Shown here one piece after another: positions 41,405 to 50,540 of a stretch of 64,000 nucleotides of DNA. This DNA is from Myxococcales bacterium. Its GTDB lineage: Bacteria > Myxococcota_A > Polyangia > Nannocystales > Nannocystaceae. The stretch spans positions 270,181 through 334,180 of the forward strand of contig JACKDW010000006.1 of NCBI GenBank assembly GCA_020633295.1, in the 5' to 3' direction. Positions within the stretch are counted from its first letter, which is position 1; the number at the start of each line of letters is the position of its first letter. The position numbers and the translations under genes are program-made. The notes under the pieces are model-generated. The model worked only from the letters and a program-made list of their open reading frames with translations. It made no database searches and had not been told where the DNA came from.

Positions 41405-43540
41405 GTGATCGCGTGCGGGCTCGCGGCCGTGCTCACCACGACGCGCGCCGCCGCCGACGAGCGCGAGCCGACGTCACGCGACGCTCCGCCGGCGTACCGG
41501 ACCACGGTCCGTGACGCGCGCGAGGATCCCCTGGACGAGCAGCGGCGGATCGACGCGCGCGCGCCGGGCTTCGCCACGGCGATCGATCTCGAGCGCGACG
41601 TGGGGGCGCGACCCGCCGACTCGCTGGCCGAGGTGCTCGCGCGCTCGGCCGGCATCCACGTACGGTCCATGGGCGGGCTCGGCCAGTTCAGCTCGCTCTC
41701 GATCCGCGGATCGACGGGTCAGCAGGTCGCCGTCTATCTCGACGGCGTGCCCATCACCGGGAGCATGATGGGCCTGTTCAACATCGGCGACCAGCCGCTC
41801 GACGCGCTCGGGCGCGTCGAGGTCTATCGCGGCCACGTGCCGATCGTGTTCGGCGGCGCGGCGATCGGCGGCGCGGTCAACCTCGTCAGCGCGCGCGACT
41901 GCCCCAAGGACGGGGACGCGCAGCTCGAGGCGGGCGCCGGCTTCGGCTCGTTCCTCTCGCGTCAGGCCGACGTGACCGTCGCGCTCGGCCTCCCACGTCG
42001 CTTGTGTCTGCAGAGCCAGCTCAGCTACGCCGGCTCGCGCGGCGACTTCCCGTACTACGACAACGGGAGCACGCCGCTCGTGCCCGAGAACGACCAGACC
42101 TCGAGCCGCGAGAACAACCAGTACGATCGCGCGCAGGGGCGCGTCGGGCTCTCGGGCCGCCGCGGTCCGTGGCGCTTCCACGTCCAGCAGCTCGCGCTCG
42201 TCAAGCGTCAGGGGCTGCCCGGCATCGCCGAATCACCCGCCACGGTCGCCAGCCTCGACACCTACACGGCGCGCGCGCTCGGCTACGCGCGCCGCGCTGG
42301 GCTCGGCGGCCCCGGCGGCCGGCTCGAGCTCGTCGGCGCCGTCAGCTTCGAGGGCCGCGTGTTCCTCGACTCCAAGAACGAGGTCGGGCTCGGGGCCAAC
42401 AACCAGCGCACGCGCGCGGTCGATGTGTACCTCTCGCCGCGCCTGCGCCTGCCCCTGTGGACCGGCGCCTTCCTGGGCAGCGCGCTCGATCCTCGGCTCG
42501 AGTGGCTGCGCACGGACGAGCGCGTCAACCCCTCGCTCCCGCTCGGATACACGGGCGACCGCGTGCGCGCGCGCGTCGGCGGCGGCCTGGAGCTCGAGCA
42601 ATTCCTGCTCGACGATCACCTGCTCCTCGCGCCAGGCGTGCGCCTGGACGTGCTCTACAGCGAGTTCTCCGACGCGCGGGACGGCGAGGCGCGCGGCGCC
42701 GTCGACCACGCCGCGATCGCGGCGTCGCCCCGCCTGGGGGTGAAGCTCGCGCTCGCGCCGTGGCTCAGCCTGCGCAGCTCAGTGGGTCGATACTTCCGCG
42801 CGCCGACGATGTTCGAGCTGTTTAGCGACGTCGGCTACGCCGTCGGCGCCCCGACGCTCAGGCCCGAACGCGGCACGACGCTCGACGCGGGCTTCGTCTT
42901 TGATGTCGACGATCAGCCGCTGTTCACGCTGCGCGCCCACGTCGCGGCGTTTCGCACCCGGGCGCAGGACATGATCATCTGGCGGCAAGCCGGCCCGCGG
43001 ATCTCGTTCGTGAACGCGAGCGCGGCGCTCGTCGCCGGCGTCGAGAGCAGCGTCGACCTCGCTATGCTCTCCGGCGACATCGCGCTCACGGGCAACTACA
43101 CGCGGCTGTTCACCTTCAACGCCGCGCGCGGCAGCAACGAGTACGGCTTCCCGCTGATGGGCGTGCCCACGAACGACCTGTTTCTTCGGCCATCATGGGG
43201 ACACCGCTGGCGCGTCCGCAGCGTCGCGCTCGCGCCGCGCGTCTTCTACACGTACGAGCACCTCAGCGGCTACTTCCTCGATCCCTCCGGCCGCCACGAG
43301 GACGCGCCGCGCCGGTTCCACGGCCTCGGCCTCGAGCTCGCCATCTCCGAGCGCGTCAGCTTCGCGCTCGAGCTGCGCAACCTGACGAACATCAGCTTTG
43401 TGCACTGGAAGCTCTCCTTTATCAACGACACCTCCTTCGCCATCCAACAGCTCGCCGACGTCGCTGGGAACCCGCTCCCCGGTCGCAGCCTGTGGGCGAC
43501 CCTCCGCATCACGCCGACGCGCGCCCGTGCGCGCGACTGA
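41405..43540 (+). CDS. TonB-dependent outer-membrane receptor (BtuB-like), downstream of the B12 riboswitch
   Basis: A signal peptide is followed by the plug domain (DSLAEVLARSAGIHVRSMGGLGQFSSLSIRGSTGQQVAVYLDGVPI, RVEVYRGHVPIVFGGAAIGGAVNL). The long beta-barrel ends in an aromatic-rich C-terminus. Confidence 0.85.
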   Translation: MIACGLAAVLTTTRAAADEREPTSRDAPPAYRTTVRDAREDPLDEQRRIDARAPGFATAIDLERDVGARPADSLAEVLARSAGIHVRSMGGLGQFSSLSIRGSTGQQVAVYLDGVPITGSMMGLFNIGDQPLDALGRVEVYRGHVPIVFGGAAIGGAVNLVSARDCPKDGDAQLEAGAGFGSFLSRQADVTVALGLPRRLCLQSQLSYAGSRGDFPYYDNGSTPLVPENDQTSSRENNQYDRAQGRVGLSGRRGPWRFHVQQLALVKRQGLPGIAESPATVASLDTYTARALGYARRAGLGGPGGRLELVGAVSFEGRVFLDSKNEVGLGANNQRTRAVDVYLSPRLRLPLWTGAFLGSALDPRLEWLRTDERVNPSLPLGYTGDRVRARVGGGLELEQFLLDDHLLLAPGVRLDVLYSEFSDARDGEARGAVDHAAIAASPRLGVKLALAPWLSLRSSVGRYFRAPTMFELFSDVGYAVGAPTLRPERGTTLDAGFVFDVDDQPLFTLRAHVAAFRTRAQDMIIWRQAGPRISFVNASAALVAGVESSVDLAMLSGDIALTGNYTRLFTFNAARGSNEYGFPLMGVPTNDLFLRPSWGHRWRVRSVALAPRVFYTYEHLSGYFLDPSGRHEDAPRRFHGLGLELAISERVSFALELRNLTNISFVHWKLSFINDTSFAIQQLADVAGNPLPGRSLWATLRITPTRARARD

Positions 43541-43576
43541 CTCAAGGACATGAGACCCTCGCAGGAGCTGCCCATC

Positions 43577-44815
43577 ATGAACACACGCACCGCGCTGCTC
43601 ACCGCGCTCACGCTCACCGCCTGCGCGCCGAACATCCAGGACACCGGCGACGTCGTGGTCACCGACTCGGGGGACAGCGAGGGCGACACCGACGCGTCGC
43701 CCCTGCCCGGCTACCCGACGCTGACCGGCCCGTGCGTCCTCGGGACCGCGCAGCCGCGCCGGCTCGTCGTCACGACGACCGACTTCGCGACCGGGGCGGT
43801 GAGCGTCATCGACGCGGCGACCGACGCGGTCTCGGCCGACGTCGCGCTCGGCAGCACCGACGCGCTGCCCTTCGCCCACGGCGGCTACGTCTACCTGCTC
43901 CACCGCTACACGCTCGACGCGCTCGACACCCTCGACGCCGACGGCGCGTGGGCGACGCTGTCGCAGCAGGCGATCGAGGCGCCCGACGTCAGCAGCGCGA
44001 ACGCCCACCGCCTCGCCTTCTCGGACGACGGGCGCGCGTACATGACCCTGTTCGGCGCGCCCGAGATCCACGTCTACGCGCTCGACGATCCGACGCGCCC
44101 GACGCTGCTGCCCGACGCGACGATCGACATCTCCGCCGTCGCCGACGCCGACGGCAACCCGGAGGCGTCGCTCGCGGTCGTCTGCGGCGAGCTGCTGCTC
44201 GTCTCGATCGGGCGCCTCGACGAGGACGCGCTGTATCAGCCGACGACCGACCACGACGCGATCGTCCTCATCGATCGCCACACGGGCGCGCTCCACGACC
44301 TCGACGCCGACGCCGACGGGGTGCAGCCGCTGCGCCTGCAGGGTCGCTGGGCGCGACAGTGGCGGCTCGACCCCGCCGACGCGGAACGCCAGACCCTGCT
44401 GGTGCTGACGACCGGCCTCGAGCGACTCGACGTGCGGACCGGCGCCGTGTCCTGGGCGATCACGCCTGAACGCCTCGCGGCGGTCGGCGTCGCCGACGTC
44501 ATGCAGCCGCAGGCCTTCGCGCTCGCTGAGGACGGCCAGCTCGCCTACCTCGCCGCCTACACCGCAAACTTCGGCGGCGTCTCGCTGTTCGCCGGCGCGC
44601 TCGACGACGACGCGCCGCTCGTCCCGATCGCGACCGGCCTGCGCAGCGTCGAGCGGGTGCTCGAGCGCGTGGGCGACACCCTGTGGTACGGCGACAGAGC
44701 CGACAACCAGATCGGCGTCCACGCCCTCGACCTGACCACGAGCCCGCCGACGCCCCGACTCCACCTCCCGCTCGACGTGGGACTTCCTCCCTACTCCATG
44801 ATCGCGATCCCGTGA
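43577..44815 (+). CDS. Hypothetical lipoprotein (possible beta-propeller) in the B12-uptake cluster
   Basis: An AGGAG ribosome-binding site lies 9 nt upstream of the ATG at 43577. The lipobox signal is MNTRTALLTALTLTACAP. The protein is Asp/Thr/Ala-rich with repeated beta-strand-like segments. No family is recognised. Confidence 0.6.
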   Translation: MNTRTALLTALTLTACAPNIQDTGDVVVTDSGDSEGDTDASPLPGYPTLTGPCVLGTAQPRRLVVTTTDFATGAVSVIDAATDAVSADVALGSTDALPFAHGGYVYLLHRYTLDALDTLDADGAWATLSQQAIEAPDVSSANAHRLAFSDDGRAYMTLFGAPEIHVYALDDPTRPTLLPDATIDISAVADADGNPEASLAVVCGELLLVSIGRLDEDALYQPTTDHDAIVLIDRHTGALHDLDADADGVQPLRLQGRWARQWRLDPADAERQTLLVLTTGLERLDVRTGAVSWAITPERLAAVGVADVMQPQAFALAEDGQLAYLAAYTANFGGVSLFAGALDDDAPLVPIATGLRSVERVLERVGDTLWYGDRADNQIGVHALDLTTSPPTPRLHLPLDVGLPPYSMIAIP

Positions 44816-45720
44816 CCTCGAGCCCCACAGCCCCCCCGCGACGACGCGGCGCGGCCCTCGTCGCGCTCGCGCTGCTCGCCTGTAGCGGCCCCCCGCGCGC
44901 GCCCGCGTCGTCCGACGAAGAGGCGGTCGCGCGCGGCCGCACGCTGGCCTCGCAGACCGTGCTGAGCGACGAGGTCCTCTGGGAGCTCGGGCCGGCGGTG
45001 CGCGACCGCGTCGTCGCCGTGAGCGTGATGGCGGACGACCCGCGCTACAGCGCGGTCGTCGATCGCTGGCCCGAGGCCGTCCCGCGGCTCGCGGGCACGA
45101 GCGAGGCGCTGCTGGCCCTGAAGCCAGGCTACACCTTCGTCGCCAGCTTCACCTCGGCCGAGGCGCGCGCGCTGCTCGATCGGCACGGCGCGCCGACCCA
45201 CGTGCTCGACGGCTTCACCGGCTTCGCGGACTACCGAAGGCACGTCGGCGACATCGCGCGGCTCGCCGGCGCCGAGCAGGCCGGTCGCGCGCTCGTCGAG
45301 CGCTTCGACGGCGAGCTCGCGCGCCTGTCTCGCGACGTCCCGACGCCCGCAGTCGGGCTCGTCAGCTACAACGAGGGCGTCATCGCCGGCCGTGACACGA
45401 GCTTCCACGACGTCGCGCTCGCGGCCGGCTTCCGCAACATCGCGGCCGAGCACGAGATCACCGGCCACCGCTCGATCAGCGACGAGCTGCTCGTCTCGTG
45501 GGACCCGGCGGTGATCGTCATCCCCTGCGGGCCGCCGTCCTGTGACGCCAGCGAGCGCGCGTTCGCGCAGCGACCTGGCTTCTCCGCCACTCGCGCGGCG
45601 CGCGAGGGCGGCGTCATCGCGCTGCCCCCGGACAACCTCTACAGCGTCGGCCGCGGGATGATCGCGGCCGTCACGGCGCTGCGCCGTCGTCACCCCTCCC
45701 TGCGATCGCCCGCCCCGTGA
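44812..45720 (+). CDS. ABC transporter periplasmic substrate-binding lipoprotein (cobalamin / Fe-siderophore type, BtuF/FecB-like)
   Basis: The GTG start overlaps the upstream stop as GTGA. The lipobox is ALVALALLACSG. The TroA-like two-lobed binding protein resembles BtuF and FecB. Confidence 0.75.
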   Translation: MTSSPTAPPRRRGAALVALALLACSGPPRAPASSDEEAVARGRTLASQTVLSDEVLWELGPAVRDRVVAVSVMADDPRYSAVVDRWPEAVPRLAGTSEALLALKPGYTFVASFTSAEARALLDRHGAPTHVLDGFTGFADYRRHVGDIARLAGAEQAGRALVERFDGELARLSRDVPTPAVGLVSYNEGVIAGRDTSFHDVALAAGFRNIAAEHEITGHRSISDELLVSWDPAVIVIPCGPPSCDASERAFAQRPGFSATRAAREGGVIALPPDNLYSVGRGMIAAVTALRRRHPSLRSPAP

Positions 45721-46775
45721 TTGCCTCGCACCACGCCGCGCGCGCGCGGCATCCGGCCCTCGGCACGCTGCTCGCGCTCAGCTTGCTCGCCGCGCTCGCG
45801 CTCGCGGTCGTCGTCGGGCCCGGCGGCGTGGCGCCACGCGACGCGCTGCAGCTAATCGCGCGTCGGCTCGTCGGCGCGGGGCCGCCGACGGACCCCGACG
45901 TCGCGCTCGTCGACGCGATCGTGTGGTCGCTCCGCCTGCCCCGCGCGCTCCTGGCCGCGCTCGTCGGCGCGGCGCTCGGGGTCGCCGGCGCGCTCACGCA
46001 GGGCCTGTTCCGCAACCCGATGGCCGAGCCCGGCGTGCTCGGCGTGAGCTCGGGAGCCGCGGTCGCGGCTGTCCTTGGGTTCAGCCTCGGGCTCGACGCG
46101 CTCGGCCTCTGGGTGACGCCCGCGCTCTCTGCCGTCGGCGCGATCGGGATCCTGCTCGCGCTGCTCGCACTCGCGGGCACGCGCCACGGGATCGCCACGC
46201 TGCTGCTCGCCGGCGTCGCGCTCGCGGCGCTGTGCTCAGCCCTGACGACGCTGATGCTCGCGCTCGCGAGCGAGCGCTGGGATCTCGGGCTCAAGGTCGT
46301 CCGCTGGCTCATGGGCAGCTTCGAGGGCCGCAGCTGGGACCACCTCGCCGGCGCGCTCGCCCCCGCCGCGCTCGGCCTCCTCGCCGGCGCGTGGCTGCGA
46401 CGCGACCTCGACACGCTCCAGCTCGGCGCCGACACGGCCCGCTCCCTCGGCGTCCGGCTCGAGCGCGTACAGCTGCTGACGATCCTCAGCGCCGCGATCC
46501 TCGTCGGCACCTCGACTGCGGTCGCTGGCGTCATCGGCTTCGTCGGCCTCATCGTCCCCCACGTCGTGCGCATGCTCGCGGGCCCCGGGCACCGCCGCCT
46601 CCTGCCGCTCTCGGGGCTGCTCGGCGCGAGCCTGGTCGTCCTCGTCGACACCGGCTCACGCGCCTTCGGCGATCGGAGCCTCCCGCCCGGCGTCATCACG
46701 AGCCTGCTCGGCGCGCCGTTCTTCCTGTGGATCCTCCGCCGCCACGGGCGGCGGCTCGATCACCTCGATCGTTGA
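45717..46775 (+). CDS. FecCD-family ABC transporter permease (BtuC-like)
   Basis: Multiple transmembrane helices are present. FecCD signature regions are RLPRALLAALVGAALGVAGALTQGLFRNPMAEPGVLGVSSGA and LLLAGVALAALCSALTTL. The GTG start overlaps the upstream stop. Confidence 0.85.
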   Translation: MIASHHAARARHPALGTLLALSLLAALALAVVVGPGGVAPRDALQLIARRLVGAGPPTDPDVALVDAIVWSLRLPRALLAALVGAALGVAGALTQGLFRNPMAEPGVLGVSSGAAVAAVLGFSLGLDALGLWVTPALSAVGAIGILLALLALAGTRHGIATLLLAGVALAALCSALTTLMLALASERWDLGLKVVRWLMGSFEGRSWDHLAGALAPAALGLLAGAWLRRDLDTLQLGADTARSLGVRLERVQLLTILSAAILVGTSTAVAGVIGFVGLIVPHVVRMLAGPGHRRLLPLSGLLGASLVVLVDTGSRAFGDRSLPPGVITSLLGAPFFLWILRRHGRRLDHLDR

Positions 46776-46967
46776 CGACGCGCGTCGACGCCGACGACGC
46801 GGTCTGACAATTTGCATCTACAAGTTCCCGCGCGAGCGCGACGCGACCAGCGGGAACCACGACGACGCGCGTGACGTGGGTCGAATCACGTCGAGGTTCA
46901 CGACCCCCACAACGCCGTGAATTCAGCGCGCCCGCGGGCGTCCTCGGGGCGCCCGTGTGCGCGCTCC

Positions 46968-47040
46968 TTGTCCACAGCGGAGAATCGAGTTATCCACACC
47001 CGCGCCGGAGTCATCCACAGGTCGAGCCTGCTTCTCCACA
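46968..47040 (+). promoter_or_regulatory. Array of four same-orientation DnaA boxes with 21-22 bp phasing inside a 1 kb gene-free region
   Basis: The boxes are TTGTCCACA (46968), TTATCCACA (46990, a perfect consensus), TCATCCACA (47011) and TTCTCCACA (47032), each within one mismatch of TTATCCACA. A weaker CCATCCACA lies at 47298. The flanking region 46776-47806 has no convincing ORF and has AT-rich patches. Confidence 0.5.
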
Positions 47041-47806
47041 GCGCCCCACGCCCACGAAGCCCATGAAACGGTGACCTGCACTACGCCCGCGTCAACCAAG
47101 TCACCGTCGCGCTGTGCTCCGCGCTGAAGCCGCGCCCACGTCGAGTGTCGCCCTCAGGCCGTCACGATCGTCGCCGCGGACCCCCATACAGGCCAACACT
47201 CCCGATTTCCGAGCGGCCCGCCGCTCGGCGCGGGATCGACGACATGAGCGCTTCCACGCCCAATACGAGGAAAATTACGTTTCATGCGCGCTCGCGTCCA
47301 TCCACAGGGGAGATCACTCCACGCCCTGGGGATAATCGTCGACCAACCGGCCAACCGGCTTGCACTTCGGTACCAGACGTGTTGGGGGATACGAGCCTCC
47401 ACTGCATTGGCAGAGACGGTGGTGCCCGCGCGTACGCGTGTCACGCTGTACGCGTCCCGCTCACCCACAACATCTTGCGCCTCGGTGACCGCGCGCGACA
47501 CAACATGTTGTGTTCGCGCCGCGACGCCCGCCGCGCCGAACGACTTCGCACCGGCCGGCCGGAAGCGGTCCGGAGCGCAAGCGAGCGTACGCGTAAATAT
47601 GTACTTTCCGACCAATGCACAATCGTGCGTAGACGCGCCGCAATTGCGAGCATACGCGACCCTACTGGAACAAGAAAAATGCGTTTACCATGGCCGTCCG
47701 CCTGGCCCGTGGTTCCGGGGTGGCTCGAAGCACAGCCGCCCCCCAGTCGCGCAGGGAGATTGACCTCGCGACGCCCGTTACAGGCGCCCCCAGGAGACGA
47801 TCCCCT

Positions 47807-48826
47807 ATGCGCTTGCACCACATCGCGATCCTCGCCTGCTGTCTGACCGCGTGCATGAGCGACGACCTCGACGACCTCGACACCGCAGAGGATGACGTCG
47901 ACGTCGAGCTCGCCGAGAAAGACGAGGTCGAGCTGCGCGCGGACGCCGAGAACCAGGAAGTCGCCTCGCTCGCGCTCGTGGACGACGAAGCCATCGACAG
48001 CGAGGGAGACACCCACGCGGGCGGCGACCTCGAGGACGAGGACGGCGACGAGGCCCTGGACGAGGACGCGCTCGCGGCGGCGCTCGACTTCGAGTACCGC
48101 GAGTGCGTGCACGCGCTCGACAGCAAGCGCCCCAAGCTGACGAAAGAGACGCAGCAGCGGACCAAGGACATCATCGCCCACGTCCACAAGCGCATGAAGG
48201 CGTCCCGCGGCTTCCGCAAGCTGCTGATGCTCGTCGCGCTGCGCGAGGCCAGCTACCAGAGCGGCCTCGTGCACCGCCTCCAGCCCGACATCGAGGGCAG
48301 CCACAGCGCGTGGCGCAAGATGAAGGACCGCTACCCCGACAACCCCTACGCCGAGGATCCCAACCTCTGGCAGACCTACGGGCTGTTCGGGATGAACTCG
48401 AATTACTTCACGATGCTGTGGAGCAAGCAGGCCGACCCGCGCGTGCTCTGCGACCCGATCGTCGACGTGCTCGTCTATCGCCGCGCGGCCGAGCGCGCGC
48501 TGCGGAAGCTCAACGGCACCATCAAGTGCAAGAACGCCGACGGCGAGACCTACGACTTCCGCACGACGCCGACGTGGGCGACGATCCACCGCGCGGTCAA
48601 CGGCGGCAAGCTGTGCCCCTCCAAGCACGAGAACCAGGCCGCGATCATGCGCAAGTACTTCAACGCGCGCGCGATCAAGAAGGGCCTCGACGCGGATGAG
48701 CGCGTGACGTCGAAGATGCTCGGCGTCGAGCCCGACCGCGGCCTCGACGGCGAGGTGTGGGAGACGCAGGAGGAGATGGTCATGGGCCTTTGGGAGGAGT
48801 TCGAGGCCCTCGCCGAGGAGAGCTAG
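47807..48826 (+). CDS. Hypothetical lipoprotein with an acidic N-terminal region, possibly a lytic-transglycosylase/lysozyme-like fold
   Basis: An AGGAGA ribosome-binding site lies 7 nt before the ATG at 47807. The lipobox is MRLHHIAILACCLTAC. An Asp/Glu-rich region follows. The C-terminal domain has SLT-like motifs (LREASYQSGL, GLFGMN, YF). The fold assignment is tentative. Confidence 0.6.
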   Translation: MRLHHIAILACCLTACMSDDLDDLDTAEDDVDVELAEKDEVELRADAENQEVASLALVDDEAIDSEGDTHAGGDLEDEDGDEALDEDALAAALDFEYRECVHALDSKRPKLTKETQQRTKDIIAHVHKRMKASRGFRKLLMLVALREASYQSGLVHRLQPDIEGSHSAWRKMKDRYPDNPYAEDPNLWQTYGLFGMNSNYFTMLWSKQADPRVLCDPIVDVLVYRRAAERALRKLNGTIKCKNADGETYDFRTTPTWATIHRAVNGGKLCPSKHENQAAIMRKYFNARAIKKGLDADERVTSKMLGVEPDRGLDGEVWETQEEMVMGLWEEFEALAEES

Positions 48827-48850
48827 AGCTAGAGCTAGAGCTAGAGCTAG
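48821..48850. repeat. Hexanucleotide microsatellite (AGCTAG)x5 that begins inside the stop codon of the upstream lipoprotein gene
   Basis: The sequence reads gag-agctag-agctag-agctag-agctag-agctag-cgcg. Each unit contains TAG. The unit is built of palindromic AGCT and CTAG tetramers, which is unusual in a 70% GC genome. Confidence 0.85.
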
Positions 48851-49410
48851 CGCGTCCATCCCGGCCCACGCGTGACCGACCGTCGCGCCGTGGGCCGTCG
48901 TGTATCGGGGGCCCGAGGCGACCACGCGACGCTACGGCGCGCCGCTGGGGCTCGACGGCGGCGACGGGGCATCGCGCCCGCTCGCGGGGCCGCTGGGGGC
49001 GGCGCGAGCCGGGCGCGGACTCGCGCGCCCCTGCGCTCGTTGTATCGGCATTCTCGACGCGCCTGTGCACATAAACCACGCGCGAGGAATCGTCGATCCT
49101 CGAGAGTGCGCTCAATTCGTTTTATCTACACATTTCCATTAGGACATCTAGAGAACGACGCGCGGCTCGCCGCGCTCGACGACCCGCGCGAGCGCCCGCG
49201 AGGCGACCGCGAGATCTCGCGTCGCTCGAAAACGCCGCGGCGCCGTCGCGTCGCGACGCTTTGGTTACCACGCGGACGTCCGTCGCTGACGAGCCGGCCG
49301 ATGGACCCGTGCGCCGCGAAAACATCACGCGTCGACGTCGGCCTGCCGCCCGTGACGTGGTCCACGATTCGGGCTAGAGTTCGCGCGCCGCTCCGCCCGA
49401 AGGACCCCTC

Positions 49411-50442
49411 GTGCCATACGCCTATATCTCCGGAACCGGACAGAACATCCCGCCGCGCGTCGTCACGAACGAGGACCTCGTCGACGTCTACGGGATCGAG
49501 ACGAGCCACGAGTGGATCGTCCAGCGCACCGGGATCGAGTCGCGGCACTTCTCGGCCGAGGGCGTCGGCACCGCCGAGCTGGCGGAGCCGGCGGCGCGCG
49601 CCGCTCTCGAGCGCGCCGGGATCGCGGCGACCGATCTCGACATGATCGTGTTCGCCACGCTCTCGCCCGACTACGCGTTCCCCGGCAGCGGCGTGATCCT
49701 CCAGCGCCTGCTCGGCGTCGCCGAGGCGAAGAGCCCGAAGTTCGTCCCCGCGCTCGACGTTCGCAACCAGTGCTCGGGCTTCCTCTACGGGCTCCAGGTC
49801 GCCGACTCGATGGTCAAGTCGGGCGCCGCGCGCCACGTCCTGGTCGTCGGCGCGGAGACCCACTCGGCCGCGCTCGACCTCACGACCCGGGGCCGCACGG
49901 TCGCCTCGCTGTTCGGAGACGGAGCCGGCGCGGTCGTCGTGTCGGCGACGAACGAGGATCGCGGGATCCGACGGATCGCGCTGGGCGCCGACGGCCGCCA
50001 CGCCGAGGTCCTGTGCCAGAAGGTCTGGGATATCCGGCAGCGCCCGTTCATCCCCGTCGACGAGGACGGTCGCGGCAGCGTCGCGCCCGAGATGCTCTGG
50101 GCCCACATGGACGGGCGCAAGGTGTTCAAGAACGCCGTCATGATGATGATCGGCAGCCTCATGCAGGTCTGCGGCGACGAGCAGGTCGAGTTCGACGACA
50201 TCGACCTGTTCTTCTTTCACCAGGCCAACATGCGGATCAACCAGTACGTCGCCGAGCAGCTCGGGCTCCCGCCCGAGAAGGTCCCGCATAACATTCAGCG
50301 CAACGGCAACACGACCGCCGCGACCATCCCCACCCTGCTCGCCGAGTGCGTCGAGTCGGGCACGCTGAAGCCGGGGATGAAGATCGCGCTCGTCGCCTTC
50401 GGCTCCGGCTTCACCTGGGGCGCGGCGCTCATCGACTGGTAG
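49411..50442 (+). CDS. fabH: 3-oxoacyl-[acyl-carrier-protein] synthase III (KAS III)
   Basis: The active-site Cys region is LDVRNQCSGFLYGL. The His/Asn region is FFFHQANMRINQ…GNTTAATIP. It starts at a GTG at 49411. The gene is not adjacent to other fab genes in this window. Confidence 0.88.
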   Translation: MPYAYISGTGQNIPPRVVTNEDLVDVYGIETSHEWIVQRTGIESRHFSAEGVGTAELAEPAARAALERAGIAATDLDMIVFATLSPDYAFPGSGVILQRLLGVAEAKSPKFVPALDVRNQCSGFLYGLQVADSMVKSGAARHVLVVGAETHSAALDLTTRGRTVASLFGDGAGAVVVSATNEDRGIRRIALGADGRHAEVLCQKVWDIRQRPFIPVDEDGRGSVAPEMLWAHMDGRKVFKNAVMMMIGSLMQVCGDEQVEFDDIDLFFFHQANMRINQYVAEQLGLPPEKVPHNIQRNGNTTAATIPTLLAECVESGTLKPGMKIALVAFGSGFTWGAALIDW

Positions 50443-50540
50443 CAGGCGTAGTTCGCGCGCCGGCCCCGTCGTCGGACGACGCAGCGGGCGGCTACGCTCC
50501 TATAGGACCGCGTCCGCACTTGGTTGTAGGCTTGCGCGAG

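Noticed and set aside
47154-47615. A 153 aa minus-strand ORF inside the gene-free region, starting at TTG
   Set aside because: Third-position GC is only about 65%, against about 90% in real genes here. There is no RBS and the start is TTG. The product has no recognisable features. It is more consistent with non-coding DNA.
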